Below are positions 50,855 through 64,000 of a stretch of 64,000 nucleotides of DNA, piece by piece. The notes below the pieces were generated by a model, which worked only from the letters and a program-made list of their open reading frames with translations, did not search any database and was not told the DNA's origin. The first letter of the stretch is position 1; every line of letters begins with the position of its first letter. The translations under genes and the position numbers were made by a program. This DNA is from Felis catus (lineage: Eukaryota). The stretch covers positions 17,176,001 through 17,240,000 of the forward strand of contig NC_058368.1 of assembly GCF_018350175.1 (NCBI RefSeq). Reading direction: 5' to 3'.

Positions 50855-50886
<32 letters not shown>
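50855..50886. repeat. (CA)16 microsatellite
   Basis: direct reading. Confidence 0.97.
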
Positions 50887-50887
<1 letters not shown>

Positions 50888-51779
50888 CCCCACATATGAT
50901 GCCAGAATGGGCATCATAAGTTAACTACATAACACACGGGTGACGTCTTCGGCAAGAGAGAAGGGTGTGACAGTCTTTCCCTTAATTCTCACAATCACCT
51001 GAGAGATCAATATTATGAGGAATTCAGGAATTTAAGAGATTTATGAGTTATGTGGTAGAACATCAAAGGTCTTTTCTACCCACAACCCCCTAATGCCTTC
51101 TATGAGAGAACAGGGTTGGAAACAAGCAAAAGAGCCTTCGACGTGTGAAGCTTAGAATCACGAAAACAAACAGAGCGGTGCTCAATGAAGAGGGGCTCCT
51201 TCCCTTTCTTGCCACGCGTCGTTTTCAGCCTCCCGTCTTCCTGCAAACGAGAGTACCCTGTTTCCAGAAACCAAAAGTGGGAAGCAGAGTCACTGCTAAC
51301 TTTCCTGTTCTGTTAATTGCACGATAATTAGCTGCCCCATTTTTCTCACATCCCTTCACAAAAACGCCATTTCCTGAAATCTTCCTATTGTCTGCACCCT
51401 TCCCTCATTGACTCACTTGCACTGTCTCCCCTGAAATATGAAAATCTTCTCACTGCATCCCTCCGTCTTGCTCTCATGGTCCCCCCTCTCACCGCCAGTG
51501 CAGGTCAGTCCCTGTATACAAAACCTCCACCCCTCCTGTAAAGCCAGGTCCCAAAGCAGCAACTAACCATTCCCATCCTTAGTCATCACGTAAAGAAACC
51601 AAAACGCAAAAACAAATGTTTTTTCTTGGTGTGCTTGGGTTAGGGAAGGTCATTAAATCTCTAAATGCCATTGCATTTTCAGACCACAAATGAGAGAACT
51701 TTTAGGAAACTCATGAACATTATACTACTGGAGGCATCTTGCATTTCATGTGTAATGCTCGTAAAAATTTGCAGTGCTC

Positions 51780-51973
51780 TTTTTTTTAACATTTATTTAT
51801 TTTTGAGAGAGAAAGCACGTGTGCACACGCAGGGGAGGAGCAGAGAGAGGGGGACAGCCTATCTGCACTGGGAGCGCAGAGCCTCATGCAAGCTCGAACT
51901 CAGGAACCCTGAGATGATGACCTAAGCCAAAATCGAGTCAGCCGCTAAACTGACCGAGCCACCCAGGCGCCCC
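51780..51973 (-). mobile_element. CanSINE (diverged)
   Basis: gagccacccaggcgcccc reverse head, T tail. Confidence 0.9.
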
Positions 51974-52819
51974 AGCTTTCTTCTTTATCACTTGTCTTGG
52001 GCAAAGTTGTAAGGTCTCTCCTGTGGCAGAGACCATTTGCTTTGCTTTGTTTCATTTGGCTTGGTTTTATTTTAATTCAGCAACATAAGCCTAGAGCCCG
52101 AGCAAATGAATGACACAAACTCCAGATGGGAGCCTGGAACCAAGGACTGGTCCTGTGACCTAGCCAACTGGCTGCAAACTCACAGTTAATCAATAAGCAT
52201 TTACTGCACGCCACACGATGTGGGATGCCTCTGCGTTTTGTCTGCCTCTAGCAACAGGTATCTGCTTTTCAAACTGTCACCATTGCTTTTCTTTAGCCTA
52301 ACTAAGGTACTCTACAAGTTCAGACTTGACGGAGTGTAATTTCGGTGTTTGAATAATAAAATCTGCCTCAGAGTGAATTATGTCAAATATGTACAAGTGG
52401 TATTTTGCCCGCAGTCATGCCCGAAATCTTAGAGCCTTCAAATCCTCGAGAATCAAAGACAGGCACACGGTGCCAGCCACCGGTCTTCCCATTTTGTGGG
52501 AAAGACAACAGATCTGAAGTTAAGTCATTTGCCTACGGTCGTAAAGGAAACCAATGAAAACACCAAGGTTAACACAAGCTGAGCCAAAAAACCCCAACAT
52601 ACTCCCTGTGGGAGAAGCTCATGCTATTTCCACACCACATTTTCTATTTCTCGTTTCCATTTGAGCATCTGTATCCGAAGCTGAAGCCACACGGAAGCTG
52701 AGTGACAGGACAAACAGACTCCATGCTGAGTGCTCTTCAGAAGAATCAAAGGTCATTTAGTCAGGAGGTTCTGACTCTGGCCCACCGTAGCTTACTAGTT
52801 TTAAAATTCAAAACATTCA

Positions 52820-53029
52820 GGGGCGCCTGGGTGGCTTGGTCGGTTAAGCGTGGCTCAGGTCATGATCTCACAGTCCGTGAATTCAAGCCCCGCGTCGGGC
52901 TCTGTGCTGACAGCTCAGAGCCTGGAGCCTGTTTCAGATTCTGTGTCTCCCTCTCTCTCTGCCCCTCCCCTGTTCATGCTCTGTCTCTCTCTGTCTCAAA
53001 AATAAATAAACGTTAAAAAAAATGTTTTA
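52820..53029 (+). mobile_element. CanSINE (SINEC_Fc2-like) with small internal deletion
   Basis: TSD aaaattcaaaacattca/aaaattcaaaacgttca. Confidence 0.95.
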
Positions 53030-53231
53030 AAAATTCAAAACGTTCAGAATCAGAAAAAATCAAGACAGTATGGGATGAATTTTATGATTCTGCAGAGGGG
53101 TTAAATCTGAGAGTTCTCTTGCTGCCTCTCACTGTCACTTCTATCCATTTCCAGGCTCCATTCCGTTTTAATCCCTGTGTTGAAATGTCAGTCTTTAGCC
53201 TTCTGTGCACCTTCATTTTAGTTTCTATAAA

Positions 53232-53440
53232 GCAGGTATTCTAAATCTAAGATCCATGAACTCTTGGACTCCATGGATGAGCTTGAGGGGGAGGGGGGAG
53301 TTCATATGCACGAACTCCCTGAAACTGCAAGGGAAGTTCTGTGTGAATGTGCAGATGTGCATTTTACAGGGAGGGATTCAATAACCTTGACAAAATTGCC
53401 ATAGGGGTAAATACCGCACAACAATGAGTCCATTACTGCC
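53232..53440 (+). mobile_element. MER103-like hAT MITE
   Basis: ccatggatgagctt..ggggg...gaactccctgaaactg...tgtgcatttt..ggga. Confidence 0.6.
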
Positions 53441-53817
53441 ATAAAAAAGAAATAACAAGGCCCACACAACAAGTGCCATTAGGAAATCAAAAATCGTTTT
53501 GTTTACAAATACAAGAAAAGGGTCTGCGAAAAGCATAGAATTGTAAGTTGTGCTACTTGCTAGCCTCCGGGGTAAAGTACAATTATAGTAACGGTAACTT
53601 GTACAATTATAGTAACAGTAACTTCTTCTCCTCTGTAAGAGTGACTGCCCCTAACCTGAAGGAATACTGCCCCCCAGCCCTTCTGTCTCCCTCACTGATG
53701 TCTGTACTGATGCCCACTGGCTACTGACATCCCTCCTTTCCTTAATATCTCCAGCTCTTTGGTTTTAATGAAATCAAAGTGTTACTTCCAATATTCACTG
53801 GAGTTCTCCTCCGTCTC

Positions 53818-53851
<34 letters not shown>

Positions 53852-54041
53852 CCTCCCAGCTTCCATCTGCCAAACATATATAGACATAAATATATAAATA
53901 TAAATATTTCCCTGGGGACAGAAATCACCCTTGGTTGAGAATGCCCAATCAAGCACAAGAAACCAGGGTGAGGGTCAATTAAATAACTTCATCTTCTTGC
54001 ACAGAACGATATGTGACAAAGAGGCACTCATCAGGTGTTTT

Positions 54042-54253
54042 CTTTAATGTTTTCATTTATTTATTTTGAGAGAGGAAGCAAGCAGGGTAGGGGCAGAGTG
54101 GGGGGTGGGTGGGGGGAGAGAGAGAATCCCAAGTAGGCTCCAAAATGTCAGCACAGAGCCTGATGTGGGGCTGGAACTCACGAACCGTGAGATCATGACC
54201 TGGGCTGAAATCAAGAGTCGAACGCTTAACCAAATGAGCCACCCAGGTGCCCC
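54042..54253 (-). mobile_element. CanSINE
   Basis: TSD actcatcaggtgtttt/actcatcagatgtttt. Confidence 0.94.
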
Positions 54254-55209
54254 ACTCATCAGATGTTTTTAAGTGATATTCCAAATAGCAAGGTAAAGAA
54301 AAGGGGCTCTAAAAGAAAGAATTCACAGTTGACTCTCCAGTAATAATTATCTCAACAATTTGCTCTTTCCATGTACAGAAATATGTACCCATAAATTGTT
54401 TTGAATGCATAGATAAATGCTTCCAAGTCAATGTAACACACTTTCCCCTAAATATTTTTGTGTTTTTTTCAAGTCAGGAGGCACCTGTCACTATTTTCTA
54501 GCAGTGACAATTACCGTGTTCTCTTTTTCTTGAAACTGGGTAAGTAAAAATGATATCCATTGTCAAAAATCGGACTCAAAGCAGGCAATCAGGCGACAGG
54601 ACAGGAGAAGGGTTGAGCAGGAAATTAGAGTTTGGCAAACAAAGCTTAAAGCAAAACATCAGGGCAGGTGAAAGAGGAACAGAGGGCACCAGTTGTATCC
54701 AAGTGCAAACTGAGAACATGATAGAAGGTATTTCTACAATTCGTGGCTCAGCAGGGCACGTGTCAAGTTGAACTTCAGCCACAAGTAACTGAATCAGTCA
54801 ATGGGGCATCAAGTTCAGTGATGAGATGCCGTTCTCCCAATTCATCTACTTGATGGACGTATGCGAATCTCTTCTTGAGGACTCCACTGAGTTTCCATCT
54901 TCGCTTTGAAAACATCCCCCCTGCTCTTCCACAGGCAGGGATGAAGTTTCCCTCTGTCCATCTATTGCATCCAGGACATAGCTCTGTTAGGATATTTACT
55001 CATTGTTCTGTCACCATCAGATTGTTTGTCCTTTTCCCCTATTAAATGCTGAGCTTCCTAGGTTTTGTTTTATCTTCACGACTGAAGCATCTAGAACGTT
55101 TATGCAATATTCATTCCACAAACCTTCACTGAGTAGGAACCAGATGCTTTCTGATTCAACCCTCATGTTCTGTCCTACCATAACATCCTTTTTTAAATGT
55201 TTTTTTTTA

Positions 55210-55419
55210 TTTTTTTAATGTTTATTTATTTTTGAGACAGAGGGAGACAGAGCATGAGTGGGGGAGGGGCAGAGAGAGAGGGAGACACAGAATCTGAAAC
55301 AGGCTTCGGGCTCTGAGCTGTCAGCACAGAGCCCGATGCAGGGCTCGAACCCACAAACCGTAAGATCATGACCTGAGCCGAAGTCGGATGCTTAACCGAC
55401 TGAGCCACCCAGGCGCCCC
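55210..55419 (-). mobile_element. CanSINE inserted in the tail of the next SINE
   Basis: TSD ttaaatgttttttttta (55193-55209, 55420-55436). Confidence 0.94.
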
Positions 55420-55645
55420 TTAAATGTTTTTTTTTAATGTTTATTTTTGAGAGAGAGAGAGAGCATGCGCACAAGCAGCAAAGGCGCAGAGAGAGAGAGA
55501 GAGAGAGGGAGACACGGAATCCATAACAGACTCCAGGCTCTGAGCTGTCAGCAGGAGTTCAATGAGGGGCTCAAACTCACGAATCATGAGATCATGGCCT
55601 GAGCAGAAGTCAGACACTCAGCCGACTGAGCCACCCAGGCGCCCC
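55420..55645 (-). mobile_element. CanSINE (older, host of the previous one)
   Basis: outer TSD tgtcctaccat (55171-55181, 55646-55656). Confidence 0.93.
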
Positions 55646-58600
55646 TGTCCTACCATCCTTCAATAAGGGGAGAACATGCTTCCCCACCTAAACCCCCAAA
55701 AGGGAGTATCACTTCTCGTTGTTTGGAGAATGACAAGGCACCCTGTTACCCTAAGAGTCTCTATACTTCTGTGATGGGCTGGGGTTGCCTCTGTCCCAGG
55801 AAAAGCTGCGCCGTGGGGGGTTCAGGGTCTCATGAAGTCATTATGCCCTGGGCGTTCCCTGTAATTAAAGCTGCCTTGTAGAAAGACAAGCACAGAGCTC
55901 AGGATCCTTGTCCCAGCTTCAGCATTATACGTGTAGTGAATGCATGACTCTTGATGATGAGTCCCATCAGCAAAGTGGGGTACTGTATTTTACCCACCTC
56001 CCTCGGGCTGTCTGATTTTTATTGCCAGTTCTTCAGAACCTCTATAAATCAGAGCCACCGTGTCTCATGAAATTGTTGAGATTTTTCTAATATTATTAAA
56101 GTCGAATATGTCATTGCAATGATAATAGAAATGGAATTGGAATATTCCAAGAAAGGAACCGTATTTAGAATCGACCTTCATTTGGAGGCATCAATTAGTT
56201 CTTTTAATAGCCTGGTTTTCCCCTATCTAATATTATCCGGAACACTTGTGAAATATGTTGGTATTTATAGTTGTAATACACCAGCACTTTCAGTCACATC
56301 CACTCCCAGATGACATCATAGTAATATTCTCTCAAAATGAGGAATGTTTTGTAAACTTTCAAAATTTCTATTACATATGGTATGTATGTTTATATAGATA
56401 TATATATTATATACATATATGTATAATATACACACATACACATGTGTATATAATATATATATAATTCCATTATTCTTTTAATATCTCTCCTACAGTCAGG
56501 GGCCAGCCCAGCAGAATCAGCATCAAGATATTATTTTTAAGCAGCCACAGGAGCCTGTCTGGAAACACAATAATATTGTGAGCACTGTGAGCCACATGCT
56601 TTAGGGAACAGAGACAGTAAGCAGCTAAACCCAGATATTCCATCATGGCCTAAGGGAGAAAAAAAGATAATCTTCTGCAATATCGTATGTCTACATCAGC
56701 ATACCTATAAAAGCAATATGTTTCTAGATAAAACCCCAAACCCAAAGATATATATTTATTTTTCTGCGTTAAGACTCATCTAGCTCAACTGCATATTTTT
56801 CTAAAAACCATCCGCCTACACTGGAAAGCTGTAGTCAAATACAGAGCCAGACAGATATCAACATGCAGGAATCTTGAGGCGTTAGGAGGAATAAGTATGA
56901 ATGTGCCACAAAATATTAATTTGGCACAAAAAAAGAAGGTTCATGCACAGTGTAGTTTCGACGAAATGAGTTGAGTATAAAAAATATTTATACTGCATAA
57001 TGAAAAGAAGGTCACATTCTAGAATTTAAGTTGCAAGGTGCACATTTAAAACATTGTAATTCTATTATTTCAAAGTCCAAATAAAAGTGAAAAGAGTGAG
57101 TAGAAAAGTACTCACTGGAGTGTGAGACATTACAACTGCTCACCATAAGCAGAGCCCATTATGAATATCTTTGAACATAATAGTCTTACACCAGAAATAG
57201 ATCAAAGAAACTTACCATCCTTGTGTATATAATTATAGCCTCCCTTCCTTTGATGGCAGATGTGGGTATGTGCACACGTATGTTAACGCATGCTCTTTTG
57301 GAAAAAACTTGCGGCAAAATCTCTTACTTAGATTGCATTGAGTTTCAGTCCTTTGGGCCCATTAAAGTCTTCTAGATACAGTCCTAACAGCTCCTGTTTC
57401 GTTCCTTGTGAAATCCATTTTCCACTCTTCCAGTTAAAAACCATAGAGCCGTCTTTAATTCTCCTCTCTTCTTTGTTCTCTATGCTCCTGTCTGTTCTTA
57501 GCATAGTTCCTTGCATACAATAAACATTCAGTGATTATTTCCTCAAATTACCTGCTATGGTTATATTTTTACTTCCAACCATGCTAGAGTTTTCTTTTTC
57601 TCCTTATTTCTGCAGTGACACCCGTCATTCCATTGCAATGTTGTCCTAGGTGCTATATTCTTTTTCGTCCTGCATAGAGGAGAGGTAGCTGTCAGATTAA
57701 TCTCCCTAAAATACTACTTTAATTGTCCATGGCATTCAAAATCTCCAAGAGCTACTTCTTGTGTTTTTAAATCGTAATATTTTGTTGTTGGGGTTTTGGT
57801 GAATCTCTAACCTGGGCAACCACAGCCTATTCGTTAATACTTTTCCTTATACCAATAAAGAGCCTCGTTTCACCATGACTATCTACTGCTAAGATGCAGG
57901 TTTAACCAAACCTCTAAACTTTGTCTCATGTATTCCCTTGGCCAATAGGCACTCTTCTGTCTTAATTTGTCCAAACTCATCCTTTGATTTCCAACTCAAG
58001 CCCACATCCTTCATTAAACCCTCCTATTTCTTACTTCAAGTACCTGACATATCTTTTTCCCCCCTGAACCCAGTTATTAATCCACCTTGCAACATTCATT
58101 ATTCAGTTATATATTATTCCTAATTCTCTTCCAGTGTCCCTTAGTTCCTTCTAATCATTGCAATCTGGTCTATCCAATTTGATGATCAAAACACTAAAGA
58201 TCAGGACGAGGTTTGAATCATCAACTCTAAGTTCAAAATCATGAGCACTAGGCATATGGAAAATAGCTACTGGTCTTATTAATGCTGCATACTGATTTTG
58301 ATGCACTAAGTCAGAAAACCCAAAGAATCTAATTGAAAGCAAAGTAGAAAACTATTTTTTCCTTCCAAGAAATCAATGCCAAAGATAAGAATGGTGCATA
58401 AGCTGTGGAAAACAGTAGGTGCATTAAGTTTGAGGCAATATGAGTTTGAAAACTCTAAGGAAATCCAGAAATTGCTTCAGTAGAGTTCACTTCTCTTGTT
58501 TTTCCCGTCACCTATTATTCTAGTAAGCTTTCTTAAAAAGCAAGGAAGGTGAGAAACCTGAATATTCTTACAAGTAGTAGAAAAGAATATGATTACATTT

Positions 58601-60299
58601 TACAAAAACAAAGCAGAACAACACTAACAATTAGAAAAATTTGTTTCAAGGCGTTGGTTTTTTAAATGTATTGGATTCATTATTAAGTTAAAATACATTT
58701 GTTCATTTAAAGTAAGATGGACGCATTTCGTTGTGTATAACGGATATTTTCATTAATGAGGAATGATCTCCTTCTTGTATCAATTCAAATCTCAGCTGCT
58801 TAGCCTTGCACATAATAAGCACTCAAAAATTATTTCCTTGAATTACTTGTTATGAACACATTCTAACTTCCAAATGTTCAAGTCTTTCTTTTTTTCTCCT
58901 TATTCCTGCAGCCCCCCCCAATCATCCGATCTGGCCCTAGCAACCCAAAATATTATGAATAATAATGATAGCACTTGTTAAATAAACATATTCATCTAAA
59001 TTGATTTCCTGGTGTTGTTTTGTTTGCTCGGGACATGGAGTTAGTGAGGTCAAGGTGATAGGTACGGACAGAGTCATAGCTGATGACTCAATAGCATTAC
59101 CTCATGTATAAAAAGACAGCATTTACCTACCATATCGTGTAAACTGATTTCTTGTTAATTCTAAGTCCTACATTCTGCCTTGTATCCATTTTGTAACTTC
59201 TCATACATTCAAGATGTCGGCGATAAAGTTTCTTGGCAAGACTAAATTGAATAAGACTTCAAAATTTTCAATAACAGATGTAATTATACAATTTTAATTA
59301 TTTATAAAGATTAAATAGCACACATTACATTTACACGTTTAAGTAAGTTAAGTCATTGAATAATTCAGCCTGAATATAGATTCTGTAGGGCAAGACTGAG
59401 ATTTTTACCCCAAATCTTAGATATTGGTATAATACTTAAAAACCTATTTTTAATGTAACATAAGTATATTGATCCTTACCATAAGGCAATAATGATATGT
59501 CTTGTTCAATGAGAACTAATTTTAAAAAATAATCAAAGGACTCAGAGAACAGAAATTAAGCAACATTTGTAAGGTCACACACACAATAAGTAGGTGTAAA
59601 GCTAGGAAGAGAAAAGAGATATTTTTGTATTGAACTTTAGAAATCACTGAATAACTGAATCAGCAGCTTACAAATCATTTCCAATATTACTCTGTGTACA
59701 AGTTGGTAAGCCACATAAATGATATTCCCAGATTTTTCAGCTCAATAAATAACATTACTCTGAATATGCTTTGTATTGAAAATTGTTATTCATATATACA
59801 CAATTTATTGGCTAAAGATATATGATCATTAACATTGGTTATGAAGCACTACCTGCCCACATTTCATTTTGTGTGTGTCCTTAATTACAAGTTACTCACT
59901 GTCTTAAAATGCAAAGGCTTATAAATGTGGTAGATGTAGCCCACCTGATATAATAGTAAGAAAATGTCTACATTTCTGGCAACAATGTTTGCCATCTAGC
60001 ACATTGATGAAGCATCATGTATATGCTATTTTTATTATAATAATTGCTATTAGGGTGCAAGCCAACTTATTAAGAGAGAGGAAGAATTACAATTTATAGC
60101 ACGACCAATACTTATCTTAAGCACTCACGCCTAAGTATGTTGAATTATTGCACGAATTCAGTTCAAGAGTGGGACTTCAGCTCACCTTTCAAAAGAATTT
60201 GGTGTCGTTTTTAAGACAAATCTGAATAAACTAATTCTTAAATTTCTTTTGCTATAAATTCAACAAATATGGTAACTAAAAAAAAAATGCCTTCCAAGA

Positions 60300-60780
60300 A
60301 CCCACCAATATAGCACAATGATGATTTCCTGTTTTGCATACTTAGTTTTTGTCCATGTATTACTTTTGTACATTGGGATCATAGTAAACATATTTAATAT
60401 TATGCATTTTCCATGTTGTTACCTCACATAATTAACATTTTTAAATTATGCATACCAATATAAGGAATCAATATACTAGATTTGCCTCAATCTTTCCATT
60501 TTTTTTAGACATTTAGTTTTGCTTGGTAACTTTTCAAAATCAATAATATTACCATAAACATCTTTATTTATATAGAGTTTATTTCAACTTTGGATTAGTT
60601 CCTAGGATAAATTTTTGAAATTGCAATGACCACTTCAAAGGAATAAAAATATCATCCATTCACTGGGAATAATATACTAATAATAAACTAATTCCTTTCC
60701 AATAAATGTGATAACAGTGTATATACCCTTTATAATTTAGCATTCCTATTCTTTCCTTTTCCTTTTTAATTTTTGTCACT
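60300..60780 (-). mobile_element. Ancient L1ME-like fragment
   Basis: ttgggatcata, gacatttag, ttcctaggataaattt..gaaattgc antisense motifs. Confidence 0.55.
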
Positions 60781-60929
60781 GTTGTTTTGTTTGTTTGTTT
60801 GAGAGTTTGAAAGGTATAAATGGGGCTGGGGATCTTTCCAGTTAGTTCCCTTCTACCGTTTCAAAATCTATTTAGGAAGATTATGTAGCTTATTTTACTT
60901 AAAAATATCCCTAAACCACAAATAATTGA

Positions 60930-61048
60930 GGCACAGTGTTGACAGACAGAATTGTCTAGTACAGAAGAACCCAATCACTGGATCTACACTACCTGAGTTC
61001 AAATCCCAGCCCAGTCACTTATGAGTTGTGCAATCCCAAGAAAGCTAT
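60930..61048 (+). mobile_element. MIR fragment
   Basis: acctgagttcaaatcccagc.c..tcactta.gagttgtg. Confidence 0.7.
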
Positions 61049-61049
61049 T

Positions 61050-61420
61050 GTGGTCTTGGTGCCACCTTTTAAAAGACTGAAAAACAGCAAACAAAATGGC
61101 AAGGGCTGTGGGAACATGTCACAAAGAACAGTTGAGTGAAGCAGCACTATTTAGTCTGGAGAAAGGATAACATGGTGGGGATATGATTGTTGACCTCAAA
61201 TACCTGAAGAGCTGTCATGTGGAAGAAGGAGTAGATAGAATCCACTTCATGCCAGAGAAGAGAACAGATGGAAATCACAAGAAGGCAGTTTCAATGCTAC
61301 AGAAGGATGGGCTTTCTAATAATTACAGCTTTTCAGGGATAAACCTGACTTCCACCCAGAACAGCGAGTTTTCTGTCATTGGAGGATTTCCATGGCAACC
61401 AAATGACCATCTAATCTAGA
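61050..61420 (+). mobile_element. L3/CR1 LINE 3' fragment
   Basis: tttagtctggagaa...gatatgat...tcaaatacctgaagagctgtcatgtggaaga (MI..LKYLKSCHVEEG, CR1 ORF2 C-terminus). Confidence 0.8.
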
Positions 61421-62639
61421 TGGTGAAAGTTAAATGCTAGACAGGAAGGTAGCGGATGGGAAACTGGAATTTGGGGAGCCTGCCAAAAGATGATAGGACT
61501 CGCCCTCGAGGGAGCGACTCGGGAGCACTGCTTGAGATCCTCAGCATGGCACTGGCCAGAGCAAGGCTGGAGTCTTTCCAGTAGAGGCTAGAAGCTTGCT
61601 GAAAATTGGCATCTGGAGATTGACTCATAAATAAAAATTGCAAGAGATGATTTTTGGAAATTTTTAAGCAGCTTATCCATGAAGTCATTCTCAAAACTTG
61701 ATTCATCCTAAAAAATAATTCCCAAAAACCAATCTGTGATTGTGTCTGTAAGTTATGACTTTGTAAATCTGTTTTAAAGCCGTTACCAAAGTAGATTTTT
61801 CCCCTCTAGAACTGTGTGCACTGTGCACCTCACATTAGACTTATATAGATCTTTTTTTTTTAATTTAAATTTATCCCTTAGATTACTCTGTCCTACAGAA
61901 CTTAATTCATGTGAGATGTACACAGGAGAAGGTACTCCGTTTCAGAGGGCCTTTTGTTAAATCTCCCATTGTGTATGCCAAGGACACGGGGACTATTTCC
62001 ATGGAGGCCTATTATTAAGAGTCAAAAAAATATGATTGCTGTAAGAAACGTACAGAAGTCCTCCCATAAAGTTATTTTTTAATTTAAATCCCAATAAGAG
62101 AGAACTTTCTCTCCCTTATTTGTTCTTTGTTTAGTTCTTGTTGGTTCAGCTGAGTAGTGGTCTCTTGTTTAAACAATGTTTAAATTCCATTTCATTCTGA
62201 GTTATGTTTGAAAACTTACAAGTGGAAAATCCACGGATATTAATCCCCCAGGATCATTGGCATAAAAGATGTTAACAAGGGACAAGCCAACTCTTTGAGA
62301 AAACTGTTTTAAAGGGTGCCAAGTCAGGGTTTTGTGCTGACCCTCGGGCCACACTGAGTTCCTACTGCTGGCCCAGCCCCCGCCTCTGTGGCCACAGTAA
62401 GCTGACCTCCCTCTTCTTCTCCTCCATGTATGACTTTCTTTAACAAGAAAGATTTTGACAACTGTGTGGCTTGAGTAGGTTCCCAAGTGTGTACATCCAG
62501 GAATCCCCATTACCAAAGGCTGTCAGAAGATAAGGCTATCATGAACCACGTCCCCCACTCTGTAGTGCTCAATAACGCTTTCTCTGAGTAAGAAAAAAGT
62601 AGGAAGTTTTGCTAAATATCCTTAAAAGTAGAAAATGGC

Positions 62640-62860
62640 GGGGCATCTGGGTGGCTCAGTAGGTTAAGCATCTGATTCTTGATTTCGACTCAGGTTATGA
62701 TCTCATGGTTCGTAAGTTCGAGCCCCATGTCGGGCGCTGTGCTGACTGTGTCACAGAGCCTGCTTGGTATTTTATCTCTCCCTCTCTGTCTCTGACCCTC
62801 CCCTGCTCACATGCGCTCTCTCTCTCTCTTTCAAAATAAATTAAACATTAAAAAAAATTT
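62640..62860 (+). mobile_element. CanSINE
   Basis: TSD aagtagaaaatgg/aagtaaaaatgg. Confidence 0.93.
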
Positions 62861-63057
62861 TTAAGTAAAAATGGTATATTTCAGAATGTAAAAAAAAAAG
62901 CAGACTAGAAGAGACTACTTATTCTTTTAATTTATTTCATCTGATTTATTTAATTCTGGTTTTGTCAATAACTGTACAAACCGGAAAAAAAAATCGCTGA
63001 ACACTGCTATGTCTCTGTGTTCTCAAACATAAAATGGTAATATTGCTACTTAACCTG

Positions 63058-63606
63058 TTGTGATGAGCAGGCTGTATTTGCCTCCTTCAAATATGGTCTT
63101 CTTTCTTCTAGGTGAGAAATACCCACAGTATGAATGTTGGTAGTAAGGGGGGCCACTCAAACCCAGGAGGCCAAAAAGGCCCCACATACACTCCCCATGC
63201 CTCTGGCAGCCAGGGGGTGGGCCTATGACTTAAGCTTGGATAATCCAATCCTGCCTGGACCTTTGATTTTACAGTGACAGAGAGAGAAAAATCATCGGTC
63301 ATTGGCTGCAGTGACATCTGAGTCCAAGAACAGCGGAGGATGTCAGGGCTGTTGACTCAAACATAGTGTTGGCCACAGTGTGAGTGTCACCTGCAGGCTC
63401 CAGTGTTCAGCAGTGGCTTAGTGCTGTCCCCACCAGACCATTACCAAGCAGAAGCTTTGGGTTTTGGTTCATGTTCAGTTCTCTGAGCCTTATGTTGCTG
63501 CCTTTCCAGAAATTATGGGAGCAATTCATTACCCTTTCGTTTCATTTTTGCTTAATTCAGCCAGTCAGTTTCTGTTGCTTGCTCCCAAGAAAACGGAATA
63601 ATATAC
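63058..63606 (+). mobile_element. LTR33-like ERVL solo LTR
   Basis: ctccagtgttcagcagtggc...accagacca; tgcttaa.tcagccagtcagtttctgttgcttgc..ccaagaa end. Confidence 0.7.
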
Positions 63607-64000
63607 CTGGCTACCTTGTAAAGCTGTTGCAAAATCTGGCTGAGTTTTTTCAAGTGACTTGGCTTGGGAAATGATAAATTGTGACCTAATTTCATATAAC
63701 GAGTATTTATTAAAATCTTTCTGGAGGTAAAGGATGAGCAAATGCAGGCTGTGAGCTCAAGATGCTTTCCAAATAGTGAAGGGCACAACAAGAACACAGA
63801 TGACTATAACACAACATACAGTAAGAGTGATCTCATAATAGAAATACAAGCAAAGGCATATGGCGCAGAGGGAAGGAGGTGGTATAGAGAGTCAAAAGAG
63901 GCATGGCTTGTACTAAATTGCATAGATGAACAAAGTTTCCATGGGGGAGTAAATACTTGACATCATCCTTAAAAGCTGAATTGGAGCTTAAGGTAGGATA

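Noticed and set aside
50895..50918. 9-bp stem-loop (also an 8-bp stem at ~16596-16620)
   Set aside because: Stems of 8-9 bp are expected by chance in 64 kb.

Overview
AT-rich, repeat-dense mammalian DNA, almost certainly from a felid. It carries about 30 tRNA-derived CanSINEs, three of them near-pristine copies of the young SINEC_Fc type, and a felid-type LINE-1. I found no protein-coding exon of a recognisable host gene, so the window is intronic or intergenic. All long ORFs come from transposable elements, microsatellites or chance. The dominant feature is a ~6.2 kb L1 (27299-33497, +) with both termini and a target-site duplication. It has lost the end of its 5'UTR and about three quarters of ORF1, and its ORF2 is broken. 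Its 5'UTR holds a near-perfect CTCF motif and long antisense ORFs. Also present are a near full-length ancient HAL1 (ORF1-only), older L1M/L1_Carn fragments, L2, MIR, L3/CR1, hAT DNA transposons (MER58B, MER3, Charlie1, MER103-like) and solo LTRs (MLT2D-, MLT1F-, MER21-, LTR33-like). Repeat subfamily names come from recalled consensus sequences, not a database search. I see no evidence of a new multi-gene system. The findings are TE-structural oddities, unusual DNA structures and candidate regulatory or splice signals.
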